A stretch of 64,000 nt of DNA from a virus, in the IMG/VR virus record IMGVR_UViG_3300045988_183178; one strand, 5' to 3'. Both the position numbers and the translations under genes were made by a program. The notes below the pieces were generated by a model. The model saw nothing but the letters and a program-made list of their open reading frames with translations. It was not told where the DNA came from and did not search any database. Shown in pieces: positions 59,514-64,000 of the stretch (position 1 is the first letter of the stretch; the number at the start of each line of letters is the position of its first letter).

Positions 59514-59779
59514 AAAAGTAGGATGTTTAGCATAAATATTATTATATATTTTTTTATATTTTAATACATCAGCATATAGCAAAAGGATTTATGATTATAA
59601 CAAGTTTATTCTTTATTTAATCCCGCAGGATATCTCAAAAGAAAACCTGATATAATCATACTTACTATTTGAGTATTAAAAAGTAGGATGCTATATATAT
59701 TATGCCTTAAAATATAAATCTGAGTCAGCTTACAACAAATATAATAACCAAATTGTTTTTTATTTTAAAAAGTAGGATG
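59514..59779. repeat. three direct copies of AAAAGTAGGATG(T/C)T (59514-59525, 59679-59690, 59767-59779) between the 844 aa gene and recA
   Basis: Exact 12-mer repeated at roughly 165 and 88 bp spacing. Confidence 0.7.
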
Positions 59780-59826
59780 TTGTAAATAATACTCAAAATA
59801 CTCCATTAATTTGAAAGCATATATAA

Positions 59827-59839
59827 TATGACAGAAATA
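59827..59839 (-). promoter_or_regulatory. conserved promoter-like motif upstream of recA
   Basis: TATGACAGAAATA. Confidence 0.5.
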
Positions 59840-59858
59840 AAAAATAATATGATGATTT

Positions 59859-60953
59859 TTACTCATCAATTACATTTTTTATATTTTTTTCAATAAAGGG
59901 TGAAATGTCGTCTTCTCCCTTAAGTCTTTTTCTGATTAAAGTTTCTAATTTATCTTTATATTCCGAGTGCTCTTCTATATATAATTTAGCATTTGCTCTG
60001 CCCTGCCATCTTAAACTAGAATCTTCTGCATCTGTAAACCAAGCTCCAGTTTTATTGATAAATCCATGTTCAACAGCTAAATCAATTATTTCACCATTCT
60101 TGTCTATACCTTTACCAAATGAAATTTCAAATGTTGCCTCCTTAAATGGAGGAGCTATTTTATTTTTAACTACCTTTGCTTTTGTTCTGTTAGCAACAAT
60201 AGCTCCGCCTTCCTTAATTGACTCAATTCTTCGTACATCAATTCTTACAGAAGAGTAAAACTTTAATGCTCGTCCCCCAGTTGTTGTTTCTGGGTTGCCA
60301 AACATAATTCCAACCTTTTCTCTTAACTGATTAATAAAAATAACTGAACAATTACTTTTACTTACAACGGGAGTCAGTTTCCTTAAAGCCTGCGACATAA
60401 GTCTTGCTTGTAATCCAACATGTGAATCCCCCATTTCTCCATCAATTTCTGCCTTAGGTACAAGAGCTGCTACAGAATCTATTACAACCAAATCTAAAGC
60501 TCCGGATCTTACCATTGTTTCTGCTATTTCTAAAGCCTGTTCTCCGCTGTCTGGCTGTGAAATATATAAATTATTTATATCCACACCTAAATTAGAAGCA
60601 TAAACAGGGTCTAATGCATGTTCAGCATCAATAAACCCGGCAATTCCACCATTTTTTTGTATTTCTGCAATCATATGCAAGGTTAAAGTTGTTTTACCAC
60701 TTGATTCCGGGCCAAATACTTCTATAATTCTTCCTTTTGGAATTCCTCCGCCTAAAGCCTGATCCAGTGCTAAGGAACCTGATGAAAATGTTTCAACATT
60801 TAATTTCTTTGTATCACCTAATTTAAAGACAGAACCTTTGCCATAGGTCTTTTCAATTTCTAACATTGCAGCATCAAGTGCTTTTAATTTGTCATTTGAA
60901 ATTGATTCGTTACCCTGTGTTTCGGTATTAATATTCTTTGGTGGTCTTCCCAT
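59859..60953 (-). CDS. recA: RecA recombinase
   Basis: GPESSGKTT Walker A; ALDPVYA; [10 protein letters not shown]; the full-length sequence aligns with bacterial RecA. Confidence 0.9.
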   Translation of the reverse strand: MGRPPKNINTETQGNESISNDKLKALDAAMLEIEKTYGKGSVFKLGDTKKLNVETFSSGSLALDQALGGGIPKGRIIEVFGPESSGKTTLTLHMIAEIQKNGGIAGFIDAEHALDPVYASNLGVDINNLYISQPDSGEQALEIAETMVRSGALDLVVIDSVAALVPKAEIDGEMGDSHVGLQARLMSQALRKLTPVVSKSNCSVIFINQLREKVGIMFGNPETTTGGRALKFYSSVRIDVRRIESIKEGGAIVANRTKAKVVKNKIAPPFKEATFEISFGKGIDKNGEIIDLAVEHGFINKTGAWFTDAEDSSLRWQGRANAKLYIEEHSEYKDKLETLIRKRLKGEDDISPFIEKNIKNVIDE

Positions 60954-61029
60954 ATTTAATTCCTCCTAAAAAATAATTTATGACAGTTTTTGTTGAACAA
61001 TTTTTTACATAAATTAATTTAATTTATAT

Positions 61030-61521
61030 TTAAGAGACATTTTGTTTAAGCAACTCTTCTCTCTTTTTATCTAAATAGACTACACCAACAGCATATGAAG
61101 CCCAGATATCTTTTTTAAAGCCATAAAACCATCCCGGATTCTTTTTAGTTCCTACAATTCCAAATCTATCTATTAATGCTTGCCTTATATTCGCATCCTT
61201 TGCTCTTGAATCATGGCAAATAAATTGTTTTTCTTCTATTCTGTATATTTGCGTCCATTTAATATTTCTGCTTTCAGTTACTTGAATGAATCTGCCAATC
61301 CATACACATGTATCAAATACAGTTTTTCCTACTGCCATACCATATGAAGCTATCATTTCTATTGCTAAAATATCAAAATCAATTTTATTCATTAATTTTA
61401 ATAATTCATTATTATCTAATAATCCTTTGTCCAATATATGATAATTACTATCTAATAATGAATAAGCCGATTTAACATCTCCTGGATCTATTGCTAATAT
61501 AATCTGTCTATTATTTTCCAT
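61030..61521 (-). CDS. RuvC-like Holliday junction resolvase
   Basis: ILAIDPGDVKSAYSL N-terminal RNase-H-fold motif; size 163 aa. Confidence 0.7.
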   Translation of the reverse strand: MENNRQIILAIDPGDVKSAYSLLDSNYHILDKGLLDNNELLKLMNKIDFDILAIEMIASYGMAVGKTVFDTCVWIGRFIQVTESRNIKWTQIYRIEEKQFICHDSRAKDANIRQALIDRFGIVGTKKNPGWFYGFKKDIWASYAVGVVYLDKKREELLKQNVS

Positions 61522-61651
61522 ATTTTTCCTCCAATATATAAAACTTTATATTAAAAATATGACAGCTTAAAAAGAAAAATAAGACAATCTCAAATCAATG
61601 AAATTGCCTTATTTATTAAAATATTTAGTTGTTGTGTTGTGTATTCAGATA

Positions 61652-63403
61652 TTAATAATCAATATCATCGAAAATAATCTGTGGAGTTGTTACGCCATTC
61701 CATGTATTTTCACTTAATCTTCCATATAAAGTTAAAACAGTTGGTTCTCCAAGCTTTTCAAATTTTTCAACTAACCCGCCAAAATTAATTGCGTTAGCCT
61801 GATTATTAAAGAGTTTTAAAACCTTTTTTTCAGCACCCAAAAGCTGATAATATACACCTTTTCTTAGTTCTGTCATATAAGAAATTTTATATCTTGGCTC
61901 TTCAAATCCTTTGCCAAAGATATAATTATGAAAGGCTTCCTGCTCTTCCTTTACCTGCTCTACTGTAATATCGTAATCATAATACTTGTAATTGAACTCT
62001 TTTGGCTTTTCTCCTGCAGCTTCATGTATAGCTTCAATAAACTTATCCATATTTTCAGCTTTAACTTCTGAAATACCTGCTGCATACGGATGTCCTCCAT
62101 AATTACCCATATACTGCTTAACCTGATCTAATAATAACTTCATATTAACATTTGCCCCTTCAATTTCTGGTGCTCTTGCAGAACCTTTATAGGCGGTACC
62201 ATTATTTATTGGAGCAAATACAATAACAGAAGTATTGTATTCTTCCTGTAACTTACCGGCAATTAAGCCAATAACTCCCGGATGTATTTCTCCTTCCTTA
62301 CCACATATAACAATAGGATAGTCATTTTCCATATGAGCTTCCTCTATACGCTGTTTTAAAACAGGTAAAAGGTCATTAGTATATGCCTTTCTTCTTTCGT
62401 TTGCTTCTACTAGAACCTTTGCTTTTGCAATTGCTGTAACAAAGTCGTTGTCATTCTGAAGGAAAAGGTCTACTACCTGATTAGAACCAAAAGTTTCCAG
62501 TCTTGAAATAGCGTTAATGGTAGGACTTATTAAATAAGCTAAATCATCAGTTGTTACAACAGTTTCAAGATCAGGTTTAAGGCCTACAAGTAAGCAGAAC
62601 ATTCCGGTTGTACGTCCAGAATTCTGTGTTAATGTAAATAACCCGTTCTTGAGTATTAAATAATTATCATATCCATATACTCCATTAATATTTTCAATTA
62701 AATTAACACTATCACCAACAGTTGCGATAGCAGCAAGACCATTTATCTTATCTATTGTTTCATCTTTGATATACCATTCTGGCAAATTTAATTGCTTAAT
62801 ATGCTGAGCAAATTTATATACAAGCCCTGCACCACAATAATCTGAGAATTTTGCACCACAATCAACTGCATGAGGATCAATAATTACATCTGCAGGTGGC
62901 AATATTTTTTTATTGGTTTCGTCAGTAACTGGAAGGTGATGATCTAAAATAAGAACACTCCAACCTAATTCTTTTGCCTTTGTTATTGCGTCAAGAGCTG
63001 CGATACCATTATCTACAGTTATTAACAATCCTGTATCATAATTTTTTATAACTGGTAAACCATGAATTGATATTTCATTACATAAATATTCTACAATATT
63101 TGCAGAAGCTCCATATCCATCTAATTCTCTATCTGGTATATACCATTTTACATCTGAGAATTTAAGGTCTAACAACATAAGATTTAATTCAGATGTTGAA
63201 CATATTCCATCGGTATCATAATCTCCTATTATTCTAACTGGCTTATATTTAAATAAACTAAGTAAATTAAACGCCTTGTCAAAATCGGAAATTTTGTAAT
63301 ATTCAGATGTTTCTCTACCATTATTAAAATCAGCAAAATATTTATTTGCTTTTTCAATAAAATTTACCTCATCAGTATTTTTCTTCTTCCATGTTATACA
63401 CAT
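61652..63403 (-). CDS. recJ: RecJ-like single-strand DNA exonuclease (DHH/DHHA1)
   Basis: GDYDTDG, ILDHH and GGHPYAAG motifs. The start at MCITW is preceded by AAAGGAG. Confidence 0.8.
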   Translation of the reverse strand: MCITWKKKNTDEVNFIEKANKYFADFNNGRETSEYYKISDFDKAFNLLSLFKYKPVRIIGDYDTDGICSTSELNLMLLDLKFSDVKWYIPDRELDGYGASANIVEYLCNEISIHGLPVIKNYDTGLLITVDNGIAALDAITKAKELGWSVLILDHHLPVTDETNKKILPPADVIIDPHAVDCGAKFSDYCGAGLVYKFAQHIKQLNLPEWYIKDETIDKINGLAAIATVGDSVNLIENINGVYGYDNYLILKNGLFTLTQNSGRTTGMFCLLVGLKPDLETVVTTDDLAYLISPTINAISRLETFGSNQVVDLFLQNDNDFVTAIAKAKVLVEANERRKAYTNDLLPVLKQRIEEAHMENDYPIVICGKEGEIHPGVIGLIAGKLQEEYNTSVIVFAPINNGTAYKGSARAPEIEGANVNMKLLLDQVKQYMGNYGGHPYAAGISEVKAENMDKFIEAIHEAAGEKPKEFNYKYYDYDITVEQVKEEQEAFHNYIFGKGFEEPRYKISYMTELRKGVYYQLLGAEKKVLKLFNNQANAINFGGLVEKFEKLGEPTVLTLYGRLSENTWNGVTTPQIIFDDIDY

Positions 63404-63462
63404 ATAATTTGTTCTCCTTTTCAATATTATTTAACAAATTAATGACAGAAAAATAAAATAAA

Positions 63463-63503
63463 AAGCATACATTATATTGTTTTATGCAATACAATGTATG
63501 CTT
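63463..63503 (-). terminator. long hairpin (AAGCATACATT/AATGTATGCTT) after the recJ-like gene
   Basis: 11 bp stem. Confidence 0.55.
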
Positions 63504-63508
63504 CTGAA

Positions 63509-63895
63509 TCATAAATAGAAAAACAACCCTGAATAATAATACTTAGGAAGTTTATCTATCTCTTTACAAATTTGAATAATTCTTTCATCCACTAAGAAAG
63601 AATATTGTTTTACTCTTCTTACATCAGATTTAAAATAATGTACATCATTTATAAATCCTATAAGAATAGTAAAGAATATAACATAAGACAAAATACTTAT
63701 TATACTTAATATAATATGTATTAAACCTGTAGTTAATAAATTCAAATTTGTAAAAATAGAAATTAACAAAGTTACACATAACTTTGTCTGCTGCATAGCT
63801 GTATATTTTTCAATATCACGCCAATAAGTTGTATAACCTGCAGCAACAGAGTTATATTTCTTTAAGAAAAAATGATTTAATATATTTTTATTCAT
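63509..63895 (-). CDS. small membrane protein
   Basis: Hydrophobic helices. Confidence 0.55.
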   Translation of the reverse strand: MNKNILNHFFLKKYNSVAAGYTTYWRDIEKYTAMQQTKLCVTLLISIFTNLNLLTTGLIHIILSIISILSYVIFFTILIGFINDVHYFKSDVRRVKQYSFLVDERIIQICKEIDKLPKYYYSGLFFYL

Positions 63896-64000
63896 TATTT
63901 CTTCTCCTTTATTAATTATATTCTGATAGATATATGACAGAAAAATTAATAGGAGTATGTATATAATTTTTATTCCCTTATTACAATAAATGATAAAGTA

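Noticed and set aside
1-64000. Integrase, excisionase or att sites (prophage ends)
   Set aside because: No tyrosine- or serine-recombinase motifs were found in any ORF. The window looks like an internal region of a virulent-type genome.

Overview
This 64 kb window is a segment of a large, AT-rich (about 28-30% GC by eye) double-stranded DNA phage genome. The recognisable genes are a DNA replication/recombination set plus some unexpected membrane and regulatory genes. Essentially every convincing gene lies on the minus strand in one long co-oriented block, and all plus-strand ORFs in the supplied track look like shadows of minus-strand genes. Genes sit tightly packed behind strong AGGAG-type Shine-Dalgarno sites, which points to a low-GC Gram-positive-type host. 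Between them lie dozens of GC-rich hairpins followed by T-runs, on the minus strand; these are intrinsic terminators. Each is fused to a conserved motif (plus-strand TATGACAGAAAAA) that sits about 37 nt upstream of the next start codon. This is a phage-specific promoter/terminator punctuation system with roughly 34 copies.

Recognisable replication and recombination genes:
- A DnaE-type Pol III alpha subunit is encoded in three pieces. Exon 1 is separated from exon 2 by a group I intron carrying an HNH homing endonuclease. The fingers/OB C-terminal part is a separate ORF 5.5 kb further on.
- RecA, a RecJ-like DHH exonuclease and a RuvC-like resolvase are present.
- A 973 aa UvrD-like SF1 helicase carries an N-terminal Cys4 nuclease-like domain.
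- A 5'-3' exonuclease (FEN), a protein with a DnaG-type CHC2 zinc finger, a guanylate-kinase-like dNMP kinase and an NMN adenylyltransferase are present.
- A DNA methyltransferase and a Pol-beta-type nucleotidyltransferase are present.

Other notable genes are a sigma-70 family factor, two CPBP (CAAX-protease/Abi) membrane proteins, a flotillin-like SPFH protein, several small zinc-ribbon and membrane proteins, and tandem paralog pairs.

The most striking feature is a compact IscB (OMEGA-type RNA-guided nuclease) gene. It has PLMP, split RuvC, bridge-helix and HNH motifs. It is preceded by a 290 nt ORF-free, GC-richer, structured stretch that I interpret as its omega RNA, and the whole block looks like an acquired mobile element inside the phage.

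Other unexplained structure:
- A 57 bp dispersed repeat is present in five copies, all in the same orientation, with a hairpin core and compensatory substitutions.
- A 1.2 kb non-coding region carries six or more ~13 bp iterons (core AACAATATATAG) at about 50 bp spacing, a candidate origin.
- A G9 homopolymer sits next to a small CxxC zinc-ribbon ORF.
- Two long ORF-free stretches share a 43 bp element.

No tRNA, CRISPR array or integrase was found.
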